Source: Amoebidium appalachense
Lineage: Eukaryota; Protista; Ichthyosporea
Reading direction: 5' to 3'
Assembly: GCA_963693365.1 (NCBI GenBank)
Contig: CAVNZM010000006.1
Coordinates: forward strand, 6,861,264 to 6,925,263
DNA: 64,000 nucleotides
Shown here: positions 1-12,677 of the stretch, in pieces
Layout of the letters: each line of letters starts with the position of its first letter
Numbering within the stretch: the stretch's first letter is position 1
Notes under the pieces: model-generated
What the model was told of the DNA's origin: nothing
Databases searched by the model: none
The model's input: only the letters and a program-made list of their open reading frames with translations
Position numbers and translations under genes: made by a program

Positions 1-198
1 CACCACACACACGCTGCAGTCACGTTCCCCTGAGTGGGGCTCCCTCCCACCACAAAAAGAAGAAACGAAAGCCTTTATATACATGCCATGGTGAAGAATC
101 GGGGAAAAAAAAAGAAAAAAAAAAGGAAAAAAAAAAAAAAAAAGTTGACGTGACAGCTAAGAGAGCGAAGTGAAAGTGAAGTCCGGAAGGGGAGGGGA

Positions 199-245
<47 letters not shown>

Positions 246-1819
246 GACGTAAACTTTGAATCTAAGAGATCGAAGTGAAAGTCAAGTCCATTTTTATTTT
301 TTTTTGCCCTCCCCAAATTTGACCTGGCCCTTCGCAAGACTTGCGCGTCTTTGCAGGCTAAAATGATGGATAGCCACCCAGCAGCATCTTGCCAAATTTT
401 GAAGGCCCCGATCGATGCTGACTATAATGGTGTTGCTCCACTGAGGCATAGGACTGGGCGTTGTATAAAAAGTAAAAATAAAAATATGATATCGATATAT
501 ATCGTCGATATGTTCTCGCGATCGAATATTAGGCATTAGCTGTATGCATATGCTACGCGCGGCCCAGGCCCGACGAAACTTGATCTTATCTGTCCGCATG
601 TATTCATAGTCAATGCAGTGCTTCCATTGAGTATTTGCGAGGCGCAATAACGTCAACGACTACTAATTAGCAATGTACACATGAAAGATTTATAAGACAA
701 CAATATCGCTCTAAAGGCACCCCGCTCACGGGGGAACCCACAAGCCCCAATTTTGGAAATTCCCCCAAACCTCAAGTGTGTCCAACCAATCAATGCGCTG
801 AGATGCACGGCCAATGATATGAGGGACTCGCACATTTGCGCACTTCCGAGAAGTTCCGAAACTGCACTTGAGCAGCAAACTGTCAACAAACAGTAGCCGG
901 ACATTATTACTAAAAGTTTTTGTATGTATTTATGTATCAAACCTCTATTTATGTGTATGTGTTTATTGTAAGGATACATCACCGTTCAAAGCCTGCCACG
1001 GTACATTTTTAGTGGTGCTGCACCGAGGCTTCAATGGGATGTGCCGTGATGTATTTCTGCGAGCGGCTCGGCTCAGTCGTGATTTTGTAGCTAGATTATT
1101 TGTAGATAGGCCCGGGCGCCACCCGTACGGTGGCGCGTGACTGCAACCACCATGCATCCGCGCATGCACGTGCGCCTGTTGATGGCGTACTCTGAGACCT
1201 ATACAAAGGCCCTTGAGACACGTGACTGCATGCACATGGCCTGACACATGGATGTACACAATTCACTATTAGTGGTCACTAATTAGGTGGACATGTGTAC
1301 ATGTCCCGGCCTGGCTAGGAGATTTACATTAGATCCGCCGGTCGCAAGAAGAACGATCGTGCAGCCTGAGTGCAGTCATCACTGTGTCATCACTCACACG
1401 TACTGATGGTGTGCACGCGCTGCGATGAACTTGACGTTCGCTGCTCCGATTTTACCTTACACTCTCGCGACCGCGTGCATGCTTTCTGTCGCGGCGCCTC
1501 GACGGTTCGATAGAGTCCAGTGTTCGCTGAATGTGTAAGGAAAAATAAGGAGCCATCTCAGTAGGTGGCAGGTGTCATCATCACAACACCACAAATATAT
1601 TTACTAGTGATGATACCCGCAGTCAACGTACACGTGTCAGACACGTACGCGTGTGCGCGGGCAAAGCCGACACAAGCCCCTTGCCACTACAATTAGCTAG
1701 GACCTGTGGCCAACCGTGTGCCCCACATGCACATACTCGCAGCTTGAACACGCCGTGCCGGCCACTGGTGCGCTTGCCGTCGGCACTGCAACTGGCACAC
1801 ATTGTTGTGACACAGGAGC

Positions 1820-2284
1820 GTCTCTCTTTCTCTCGAACTCTCCCTGCAGTCTCTCTTCAACTCCCTCTCCCTCTCTCTTAGAGACTCTCTCTCTCGGCCC
1901 CCAAGTCTCTCATCACTCCTCTTCTCTCTCTCTCTCTCTCCTCCCTAGGCCTTTTCTTCTCTCTCTCTCCTCCCTCTTCTTCTCTCTCCCTCGGTGGCCC
2001 TCCCTCCCCCGCTAGAGGCTCCCTCCCTCACTCCCTCCCTCTCTTCTCTCTCTCTCTCTCTCTACCTCTCTCTCGCTCTCTCTCTCGCTCTCGCTCTCTC
2101 TCTCTCTCTCCCTCCCTCTCTCTCTCTCTGCCTCTTTCTCTTCCTCTCTCTCTCTCTCTCTCTCTCTCACTCACTCACTCACTCACTCTCTCTCCCTCCC
2201 TCCCTCTCTCTGAGACTCTCCCCTCTCCCCCTCCCCCCCTTTCTCCCCCCCCTCTCTCTCTCTAGGTCTCCCTCACCCACGCAC

Positions 2285-2315
<31 letters not shown>

Positions 2316-2316
2316 A

Positions 2317-2366
<50 letters not shown>

Positions 2367-2390
2367 TCGATCCCTCCATCTCTCTCTCTC
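1820..2390. repeat. Long (CT)n-rich microsatellite block
   Basis: Near-continuous CT/CCT repeats with an embedded (CA)n. Confidence 0.95.
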
Positions 2391-3063
2391 AAGCCAGTGA
2401 TAATAAACTTTCTGAGGTGAAGTATTACGGATAATATTGCTGGGGACGAGGATCATAGTGTGTATCACAGTGTGTATCTCCTGATCTCAGGTGTGTGTTC
2501 AACTTGGTTTGATGGGAGTCAGGCATATCAGTGCTGGTTTGTGGCACGCAACCTCCCAATTACGCATGTCAATTAATTAACAGCACATTTATCATATGTA
2601 TTGATACCATCGGATTGTTTATTCCGAAACCTTCTTCACTGGCGGGGTGTCCAAGTTAAAGACCACACAAACCTAGGAATGCCGCCTGGTTGTAAGCCCT
2701 ATAAACTGCCTTGACTTGCCAGCTGAAGCCTTCTGAGTCGCAGAACATATAAAAAAGCTCTCCGCGCGTCTAACACCCACACTCGAGTAAACACCCTCAA
2801 TCTATAGTTTTTCGCATCATCAACCACACTATGTCCGACTTGCCACATAACACCAATCTAGTCTAAGGTTAACACAGCGTGTGTGTGCAAATCAAGTCCT
2901 GCAATATGTCTTTCAAAATTCGGTACTCCTTATACGAGCCCAAAACAACACACACCTTTATCGCTGTTTGTAGGCATTTCTATTGCCCAACTGAATCCTC
3001 TTCAAGCTACTACACAGGGAATATGTGTGTAGTGTGATGCCAATAGTTGCATGACATTGTTTG

Positions 3064-3198
3064 TTAGTGGATGGGCCCTGGTGCTATGCGCACGTGTTGA
3101 AGTGCCCACTGGGGTTGTTGGGGCATTAAATTGCAAACAAATGTCTTCTTTTCTTCTTCGTTGCAGCTCAGGCAGAATACACGGTCATAGCGCGCATC

Positions 3199-3255
<57 letters not shown>

Positions 3256-3809
3256 CACGTGTGTGTGCGCGCGCGTGTGTGTGTATGTGTATTATGTGTG
3301 TATTGTGTGTGTATCTTTAGCCCGGTCCGGGAGGGGGGAGGGGGGGGGCCAGGAGAGGGAGGAAGGAGGGGGGGCCAGGGAGAGGGAGGGGGAGAGGGGG
3401 GAAGGGGGGGGGGGGGGGAGGGGGGGGGGGGGGGTCAGCAGGAGTCAAACAGAAACAAAACGCCATCGCCGTAACAGCGGCACTCGGTGCTTTGACACAC
3501 TTGTCGATCTCACACTCCTCCCCCTCCTTTTCCAAACCCCCCCCCCCCCCCCCCCTTCCCCCCCCCCGGGCCAACAACACACAAAAGAGGGAAAAACTCG
3601 ACACCACGGCCACACTTTGCTCTCAGGGTATTCTGTGTGTGATCAGATATTGGAGGGGGAAGACCCGAATTCAAGTATAAGACCATCGATTTCTTTCCAT
3701 TTCTTCTCTCTTTCCCCCCCCCCCCCCCCCGGGGGCTCCTCCCAACAGGGCAGGGCACGATTTCGTATGTCGACATATACTCAAAATAAAAGAATTCGAC
3801 AAAGTGCGG

Positions 3810-3850
<41 letters not shown>

Positions 3851-4992
3851 GGGGGGGGGGGAGGGGGGGTTAATGGGAAGGGAGGTTGCCGCCCCCCACA
3901 ATCAAAAAGGTTCGTTATGTAATCCCCCTCCCCCTCCTTCTTCCCCCCCGGTAGATATTCACATAGGCCCGCCTATATCCCTACCTCCCATCCCGACCCA
4001 CACCCCACCACCCCACCCCCATTACCATACACCCACACAACCCAACCCGTTGACCATCAAAACGTCCTATCGACCAACTCCCTGCTCTCTAGCCACCCCT
4101 TTCCCCACCGCCAAATCAACTAATACTGTTAGTTTCCTTCCTTTCTCATCAGTCGTGTTGCATTGGGACAGAAGGACACCAGGAGTGCTCTCTTTCTTCG
4201 TTTATCTTTCTGTCTTTCTTTGCTTTTCTTCTTTTTGTAGTGGTGGTGGGTTTGGAGACTCAGAAAGGGGGGGGGGGGGAGGGGGGGAGAGAGCGGGGGC
4301 AAAGGAGGGGGGATGGAGATGAGAAAGGCTGGCGCTTGACACGGTATGAATTGCAAATTAACACCGGAAAACAGAATGGAGACCTCCAAAACGAATAAAC
4401 AAACACAAGATGCATGCAATATGACGAGTTGTGCCCATTCAAGCATTCTGGGCAAATATATCATCTACAGTACCAATCATATGTCAACCCCATTTAATCA
4501 CCTTCGGTTGAAAAGTCTTATGGGTACCCGCCCAGCGGGCTGGGTGGGTCGGCGGGTGGGTGGGTGGGTGGGTGGGGGGGGGGGGGGGGGGGGGGGGAGG
4601 GGGGGGGGGGGGGGAAGGGGGAGGAGGGGAGGGTTCGAGTGCTAGAGCATCAAGCACACATTGGCAACGGGCAACACAATGCAGAGTGCAAACCACACAT
4701 AGAGAAGATGCATAATAAGCAGAGCCCATCCTCAGGCGGGGGGGGGGGGTACGTACTTGGTTGTGGAACAGAAGGAGCAGAATGTGTCCTGGCAGCGCTC
4801 ACACTGGCGCACACACAGCCCACACGTATCCCTCTCACAGAAGCAACAACGCAGGGCCTCCCCCCCCACCTTGCACACCCAGCACCTGCCCGTGTGTGTG
4901 CCACGTACAGCCACACCCCCTGCCGGCGCCCCTGGTAGCCGTGCTTCGGCCTGGCCCCCGGCACGGAGATGGCTGAGTGTGCGTGCTGCAGT

Positions 4993-5023
<31 letters not shown>

Positions 5024-5935
5024 GGGGGGAGGGGGAGAAGGGAAAGGGGGGTAAGAATGCTGACCGAGCTCAGAGTACGATGCCACGATGTAGAGTGAGG
5101 CTCCGAATATGTCGGCATGCAAGCCCGAGCATAGAGAGAGCATACAATGAGCACAGGGAGAGCATAGAGGGAGAGCAGGAATGCATAGAGAATGTATAGA
5201 GAGAGCATAGAGGGAGCATAGAGGGAGCATATAGAGACCATATGAGAGCATAGAGAGAACATACAACATAGAGAGAGCATAGAGATAGCACAGAGAGACA
5301 AGCATCAAGAGAGCACATGGGAGTAAAGATTGTCTGTGGTTGTCGAGTGTGTTGGGATGGGGCAATGTATCTTACAGGGGGGAAGTAGGGGATCAAGGTA
5401 GGGTGGGAGATGGGGTAGGAGGGGGGAGTAATAGGCACAAGAACGAAAGAAAAGGTGGTGGTGGTGGTGTATGATGGCACACCAAAGAGGATTAGAGTAG
5501 AACACATAACTTGGTCGGGTGGGGGGAGAGAGGACAAAGTGTGCTAAAAAGGGAGGGGGTGGGGGTGGGGGGGAGTGGGGGGAGGGGGGATGGGATAGCA
5601 GTGGTCTGGTATACTATAGGCTAAGATCCATGTAGCACATAAGATTTGGCATTTATTGCACGGCCTTCTGGTCCCCCCCCCCCCCCCCCCCCCCCCACCC
5701 ACCCACCCCCCCCCCCCCCCCCCCCTCCCCCAGCCCCACCAAACCCACACACCCATACACCTCTCCCCACAACCCCTAGTCCCCTCTCCCTTCCCCCCAC
5801 CCCCCCCCCACCCCCCCCCCAATCCCCCGTCGCGTTCTCACATTTGCAGCATGCACCCCTGCCCCCCCCCCCCCCCCCGTCCCCCTGCTATTCCTTTAGC
5901 GGCAATACATCTGCTCCCCCCCCCCCCCTCCCCCC

Positions 5936-5968
<33 letters not shown>

Positions 5969-6483
5969 CCCAATGCTATTCCTTTAGCGGCTATACATCG
6001 CACTGCCGCCACATATCCTTCCATCTCCTACCTTCTATTCTCTCGGAAAAATCAAGCTGAACACAGCCCCACCCCCTCTCCCCCTCTTCCCCCCGTTACA
6101 TTGAGTATGGGTGTGCGTGTGTGTAAGCACACAAGGACAACCACATGCACTCCGCCTCACAATCAATCCACCTAACCACCCCCTCCCCTCCACCCTTTCC
6201 TCTCAACCTACATGCACACATACAAGCATCGTGGCAAACAAAAGAAAAGAGAAAGAGAAACTCGGAATGCACGTAGGGGAGAGAGAATGAAGTGCATGCA
6301 TGGCACGCGCACACATACTAAAATGCACATGGGCACGCACACGCACACGCACACGCGCGCGCGCGCAAACACAGACACACACACACACACACACACTCCC
6401 CACCCACCCACACCCACCTGCATGCCCACGCGCACGTGCACGCCCACCCATGCCCACGCCCATGCCCACGTCCAGACACTTGC

Positions 6484-6521
<38 letters not shown>

Positions 6522-6678
6522 GCATCACACACACACACACACACACACACATACGCACACACACAGGCACACACACCACACACACACACACAGGCACACA
6601 CACACACAGACACACACACACACACACACAGGCACACGCACACACACACACACACGCACACAGGCACACACACGCACG

Positions 6679-6709
<31 letters not shown>

Positions 6710-6790
6710 AAAAACACTCACACCCACACACCCACCCACACCCACCCACCCACCCAACCACCCACCCACCCACCTACCCACCCACCCACC

Positions 6791-6823
<33 letters not shown>

Positions 6824-7030
6824 GCGCGCGCGCGTGCGCACGCATACACACACACACCACCCACTCTCACACACACACACATCCACCCCTCTCCCCCCCC
6901 CCCCCCCCACACACACACACACACAAACACACGTACCGTACGTGTCTTGCACCGTAGTGGGGTCCATGGTCAACTGTTTGCACTGCCTGTTGCTGGCCTC
7001 CCCAAACGGGTTGCGCCGCTTGGTGGCCAT
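3064..7030 (-). CDS. SIVA1: Siva-like (apoptosis regulator family) zinc-binding protein, 3 exons (7030-6937, 4985-4757, 3202-3064), about 153 aa
   Basis: Phase-consistent GT-AG splicing gives MATKRRNPFGEASNRQCKQLTM...TYARTLSHLRAGG...CWVC..CCFCERDTCGLCVRQCERCQDTFCSFCSTTNFDARYDRVFCLSC. This matches the Siva layout: N-terminal KRxxPF and a C-terminal Cys-rich region ending YD/E-x-V-x-C-x-S-C. An in-frame upstream ATG at 7051 is possible. Confidence 0.75.
4637..4734 (-). repeat. Dispersed intronic element of about 100 nt, copy 1 (Siva intron 2)
   Basis: TGAGGATGGGCTCTGCTTATTATGC...TTTGCACTCTGCATTGTGTTGCCCGTTG..., homologous to the copies at 26538, 38918, 41183 and 57955. Confidence 0.85.
5125..5310. 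repeat. Tandem repeat of about 11 bp (AGCATAGAGAG)n
   Basis: Degenerate tandem copies visible in Siva intron 1. Confidence 0.85.
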
Positions 7031-8059
7031 ACGCACCTCCTCGCAGTTCATGTTTGGTTCTTTTGGTTTCTGAGGGGAGGGAGGGAAGGAAAGAGGCACT
7101 TCAGTACAAAAACACCTTGTGGTTTGCAAAAGCAAAAGGCTGTGATAACTGTAAGTTATGTGATGCACACAGGCACATATAACATAGACACACTGCCTGT
7201 GTCTGCATGTCTGTTTTAGTCACAACATGGGTTTGGACTGCGGCCATCTTAGTTTCACTGTGTTCTTCTACAGCCCTTCTTCGTGTACTGTACACAGTGC
7301 CTTCAAAAACGACGAATTCATTTGAGAAAGGGTGCAGTCTCGCCAGTTTTTCTATCTCTTCTCTCCTCTACTCTTTACTCTACGTGTAGTATCTATATTT
7401 TTGACCGAGCAGGAAGGAAAACTTACGTAGGTAAACAAACGGATTACGCAAATGCACTCCACTTAACGCCTACATATACAACACACCCAAACTTGCGTGG
7501 CTGATCACCCCATCTGCAGTACAACGTGCATTGGTATTTTCCTAGCCCATCAGGAAGGGGAAAACTCTAACAAGGCGGCCTGCCGTCCCTTCGTATGAAA
7601 ATTAGCTCATACCCTCTTTCCCTTCCCTTTTCTTCCATTTCCTTCCCTTCCCTTCTCTTCCCTTCTCTTTCCCCTTCCCCTTCCACTTCCCCGTTCCATT
7701 ATTCCCACCCTCTCGGTAACCCAAGTTTTATAATCACAAACATACGGCAACATCTTTTCTGCACACGCACCTTTTAAAGCAGCGCGGCCTCGTTTTGTCT
7801 CCCCCGCAGTTGGCACTCACTGCTTGCACCTTTTGTGAGGAATTGATTGCTTCGCTGCCCAAGTAGGATGCCTACACGTTTACGTCTTAGCCCGAAACTA
7901 ACAGGGTGCAGTTTGTACCTTGTGTATGTGGGGTCATGTGGTTCCGGTGGTGGTCTCAGCGAGCAGTTAACGCGTTGTTGTGGCCTCTAAAACTGAGTTT
8001 CGCCCAGTCTTGCTCGAGAATGTTTGAAGCTGGGACAGGGTTAGAAACTTATAAGCGAG

Positions 8060-8170
8060 CTGATTGGCTAATATTGGCGCCAAAAACAGACGTTAGATTT
8101 CCATTGGTTGTAGATCCCAGGTTTTGAAAATTCATAGGTCTGAAGACTACAACGGCAGGTTGCAACGGCT
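8060..8170. promoter_or_regulatory. Promoter module between the divergent Siva and ZF genes: CCAAT boxes, an E2F-like site, CHR-like TTTGAA and CAACGG Myb-like sites
   Basis: ATTGG at 8063, 8073 and 8103; TTGGCGCCAAAA 8074-8085; TTTGAA 8123-8128; CAACGG at about 8150 and 8163. Confidence 0.35.
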
Positions 8171-8327
8171 CGGAACTCCGCAGAGCGAGCTCAGTCTTGC
8201 ATGTTGCAACGCTGACCTCTACACGTAGGCTCCTCGGAAAAAGCAATTGTTTAGCGCCTTTGGGGTGAATTTTTTGGAGGCCTGCAAGGCTGCGAGGTTT
8301 GCTAGCCGTAGATTGTTGGACGTGACC

Positions 8328-9063
8328 ATGGAACACTACACATACATTCTGGGCTTCCGCGTAAACTTGTACGAGCTCTTCTTCCCTCTCTCCCATGCAC
8401 ACGCATACCTGTACCCTTCTGGCCTACCAGGAGACGGCACAGACACCAGCAGTACAGACGCCACGGAAACAGCCAGAAGCCCGAAAAGAAAACGGAAGGA
8501 GAAAAATGCCTCGGAGAGCGACGGAATCGCGTCGAAGAAGAAAAGTAGAAGGTTCTCCATGGTGGTAGATGAAGGTGGGGAGAAGGCAGGGAGCAAGCAG
8601 GCAACATACAAATGCGATCATTCTGGCTGTGGCTACACTTCCACGCAGTACACGGACGTGGTGGGACATGTGCGCAAGCATCTTCCCTATGAAGGCAAGA
8701 GCTATGCTTGTATGGAATCGGGCTGCAGGGCACAGTTTGTCTGTGCAGCCAAGTTGCAAGAACATAAATGCATACACACCGGGGAGAGACCTTTCACGTG
8801 CCCGTATAGGGGCTGTGGTGTGACCTGTGCGCGCAAGTCGGACCTGTTGAAGCACGTGCGCATACACACGGGGGAGAAGCCCTACGTGTGCACGTGGAAA
8901 GGGTGTGGGGCTGCCTTCAGCCTCCCCAGCAGTCGTAACCAACATGAAATGCCACACGGGCGAGAGAACACACACGTGCACGTTCTGCGGGCTGGGTTTC
9001 ACACAGAGTGGAGACCTAAAGAGGCACACACAAAGGAAGCACGGGGATAAGTTAGCTGAATAG
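8328..9063 (+). CDS. Intronless C2H2 zinc-finger protein with 5 fingers; a frameshift at about 8952 disrupts finger 4 and puts finger 5 out of frame
   Basis: ORF 8247..9050 has CxxxxC...HxxxH fingers with HTGERPF/HTGEKPY linkers and a basic NLS-like KRKRK. After CAT GAA ATG C the +1 frame continues HTGERTHTCTFCGLGFTQSGDLKRHTQRKHGDKLAE* (TAG 9061-9063). Confidence 0.85.
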
Positions 9064-9885
9064 TGGGCTTGAATAGGGGTTGTTGGAGATTGAGATGCAG
9101 GAAATGTAAGGGAATGCTGTTCAAGTGCCATATTGGGTGGGGCAGACGGAGATGTGTGCGCAATCCTCTTTTTTTTTTTTTTTTTTTTTGGGGGGGGGGG
9201 AGGGGGGGGAGGGGGGGGGGGGGGAGGGGGGGGGGGGGGGGGGACAGGGTTTGATGAGATCTTTTCTAGCACCATAAGCCACTCCGTATTTCACACCTAG
9301 TATTCAGGTCACATATGTACGAATGGCAACGCAACTAATACAGCCAAAAGTGAAGATCCAAGTGTTACTACGTCTTTTGGAAGACAACCCAAGTGCATTA
9401 TTATTATTTATTTATTTTTTATTTTTTTCGTTGTGTGTGTGTGTGTGTGTGTGTGTGTAGGGGGGGGGGGGGGGGGGGGCTTTTTTTGTTTTGTTTTGTT
9501 TTTGTTTTTTTTCCTTTTTTTGTTTTTTTCTCTTTTTGGGGGGGGTGGGGGGGTGGGGTGGGGTGGGGGAGGGGGTGGGTGGAGGGGGAGGGGGGAGAGG
9601 GGAGGGGGGAATACTGTAACCAAGAATGTACGTTCGAAGGGCAGTCTCAACACACAGTGACCCGGGTTGCACGTTCAAGTCGTTGCACGTGCCACAGTCT
9701 TTGAGCTAGAGTGGCGACCAACATGCACAGAAGGGGTGCCTTGGGGAGGACAAAGGCACATTGACAGCACTCACAGTCACAGTGGAATCCGTGTATGGTT
9801 CGACTGACTCACAACACACATAACCTTAATAAGCAAGCGGAGATATGCCAAAGCATGCACAGGTGCAGTCAGGGGGCTGGTAGTT

Positions 9886-9949
<64 letters not shown>

Positions 9950-10017
9950 ACACACACACACCACCGCCCGCCACCACCACTTCCATGTGTGATCAATTTG
10001 GTTGGGTGGGTGGTGGT

Positions 10018-10050
<33 letters not shown>

Positions 10051-10399
10051 GGGGGGGGGGGGGGGGGGAAGAGGTGAAGGGTACCAGGGTTGTGAAGTCC
10101 ACGAGGATGTTGTACAGAGTATATGACTGAATGTATGTGTGTCATGATGGTTGTGGTGGTGGGTAGGTGTTATGAATGATTATGATAAAGGCAGTGATGC
10201 TGCTGTGATCACTATAATACATAGTAAATTACCCACTAATATTATTACAATTCAAACCTGTACATAGCTACCACTGTGAGTCAGACATGCCATGGTGTTT
10301 GCCTTTGAAATCTGAAGCACTACATAATATATTGACAATTCCAACTATAGCGAGACTGGGGCAAAAACCCTGAGCTGTGTGTATAGGTACTAGTGGCCT

Positions 10400-10442
<43 letters not shown>

Positions 10443-10503
10443 CCGTGTCCCCCTCGTTAAGTTTTATTCGTGGCGGACCAGGTGATTGAGGTTGGTGCCC
10501 CCC

Positions 10504-10542
<39 letters not shown>

Positions 10543-11000
10543 CGGGGGGGGGGGGGGGGGGGCGGGGGTGTTCGCAAAGTGATCATGAACGCGTGGCGAG
10601 CTGGATAACCAGGCGGGCAGCTAACCGCACACATGCGCGCTCATTATTTATATAACTTTTCTGTTGCCTGGGTGCACGCATACATACATAGAACTGAGGC
10701 TTCAGGCAAGTAGGCTACCTCTGGGTACATCTAGGGCTACGCAGCACAATTATACATCACGGTGTAGCCGTTTGCTCTGCATGGACATCAGATGCCCCTG
10801 TGAAGTGACGGCATTGGGCACATAAATGTTAATGTTACATAACTGCTTGTGGTGAACTAATTATATGGGTGGTTTTTTGAACCATAAGTTCTGTCGATCA
10901 CTCGCATAGGTACGTATACGTACGGGTGGGTGCTGCAACTGTGTAGTAGCATATCATCTGAGACACTAACCACAACATCATTATCAGCATTCCGACGGGC

Positions 11001-12640
11001 TCACACGGCATGGGACGTGCGCACAAACTCGCCATCCGACTGAGCCCTCTGCCTTCCCTCCTCCCTTAGTGCAGACCGTGCAGGTGATTTCATTGGCGAG
11101 GTGGGGGAATAAGGGGGCACAGGTGCATCTGGGCTAGGGGCAGAAGGTGGGCAGGTGCAGGGCGCGGAGTAGCCCGAGGGGCTGGCTGGGCTGGGCATAC
11201 CCATAGGGGACATGCCCGGTGGGGGGGAGTTGACATAGACACGCCCAGATGATACGCTGGCTCCGGGGGGTCTGCCCATACCCATACGGGGGGTGCCTGG
11301 GGGTGCGTCGGAGTCACCGGGGCGGGTCAGGACGGCTAGCTCCATGCCGATGTGCTGGAACACACTGATGAAGTCGCAGATCAGCGCCAACGGTGCCTGT
11401 GGGAAGTATGTATCGGTGGGTAACGAGAGTTAACTGGCTGGTGCAGCAAGGTATTGAACAGAGATTGGCTTGGGGTGCACACCGAGGGATGGGAGAATGG
11501 GGGGGATGTGTGTGTGTGTTTTTCAGGGGGGGGGGGGGGGAGGGAGGGGAGGGCGGGAGAGTGGGCATGGGGTGCCCACCGGAGGATGGGATAATGAGGG
11601 GGCCCGATATATGTGAGTGTTTGTGCCCGTATGTGTGTGTGTGTGTGTGTGTGGGAGGGGGGAGGAGAGGGGGAGGGGGGGAAGAGGGGGGGGAATACTC
11701 AACAGATTCCAGCTCAACAGATTCCGAAAGAGGAACAACTTTATTAACATTAGTCGAGTATATGGTGTAAACTGCAGGGACTAGTGAATGGGACGGTGCA
11801 TCTGTGTGTGTGTACAGTGTGTACTTGAACTGATAGTGTACCATAGTAAAGGGGCTGTCTATCTATCTGCCTGTGAGTGACGGTGCATTCATCCACGTTT
11901 GCTGCATCTGACCGTGCATGCATGTGGCAGCCTTTTGAATTTTAAGGTAGATGCATCCTATGTAATGATAAGTGTGCTTCTGCTCTCAGTAGACACCGGA
12001 CATGCACGGGTCTTTCTGGTGTGCAGCTAAGTAAGTGCCAGAGTGTGCACATTGGTAGTCGTGTGAGCCTAGCCTACGGTGTAACGAACCAATAGCAGTG
12101 TTTACTAATAGACCGACTTCAGCAAAATTTAGTAGTAGAAAATCTTCCAGCACGGGGGCATGGGTGTTAGTAGGGGTGAGGGAGCAGACCTCGGGCTTGA
12201 TGTGGACGTCCATGGTGACCTTTGCACCCCAGGGGGGCATCAGCACCCCAAAGACAAGGTGGCGCTGGTTCTCGCTGACCGTGCTGGGGTGCCGGTACTC
12301 GTACCTGTCCCGGGGGCACTGCGTATGCATGGCTTGTCAGCAAGGTGTGTGGTTTGACACAAGGCCACATATTTTCACATATGGTAAGAGGCGCATGCAG
12401 TTGAGCAGGCATGAAACTTCTGAAAACGCACAAAACACACAGACATACGTACACACCGGTGATACACACACCCACACCCACACCCACCCACCCAACCACC
12501 CACCCACCCACCCACACACCCACCCGCACCCTCCCCCACACAACCACAACACACGAAGCACGTGCGCGTGCACTCACACGTGCACACACATACACACACA
12601 CACACACACACCGTGAGACACACACACACACCCACACACA

Positions 12641-12677
<37 letters not shown>

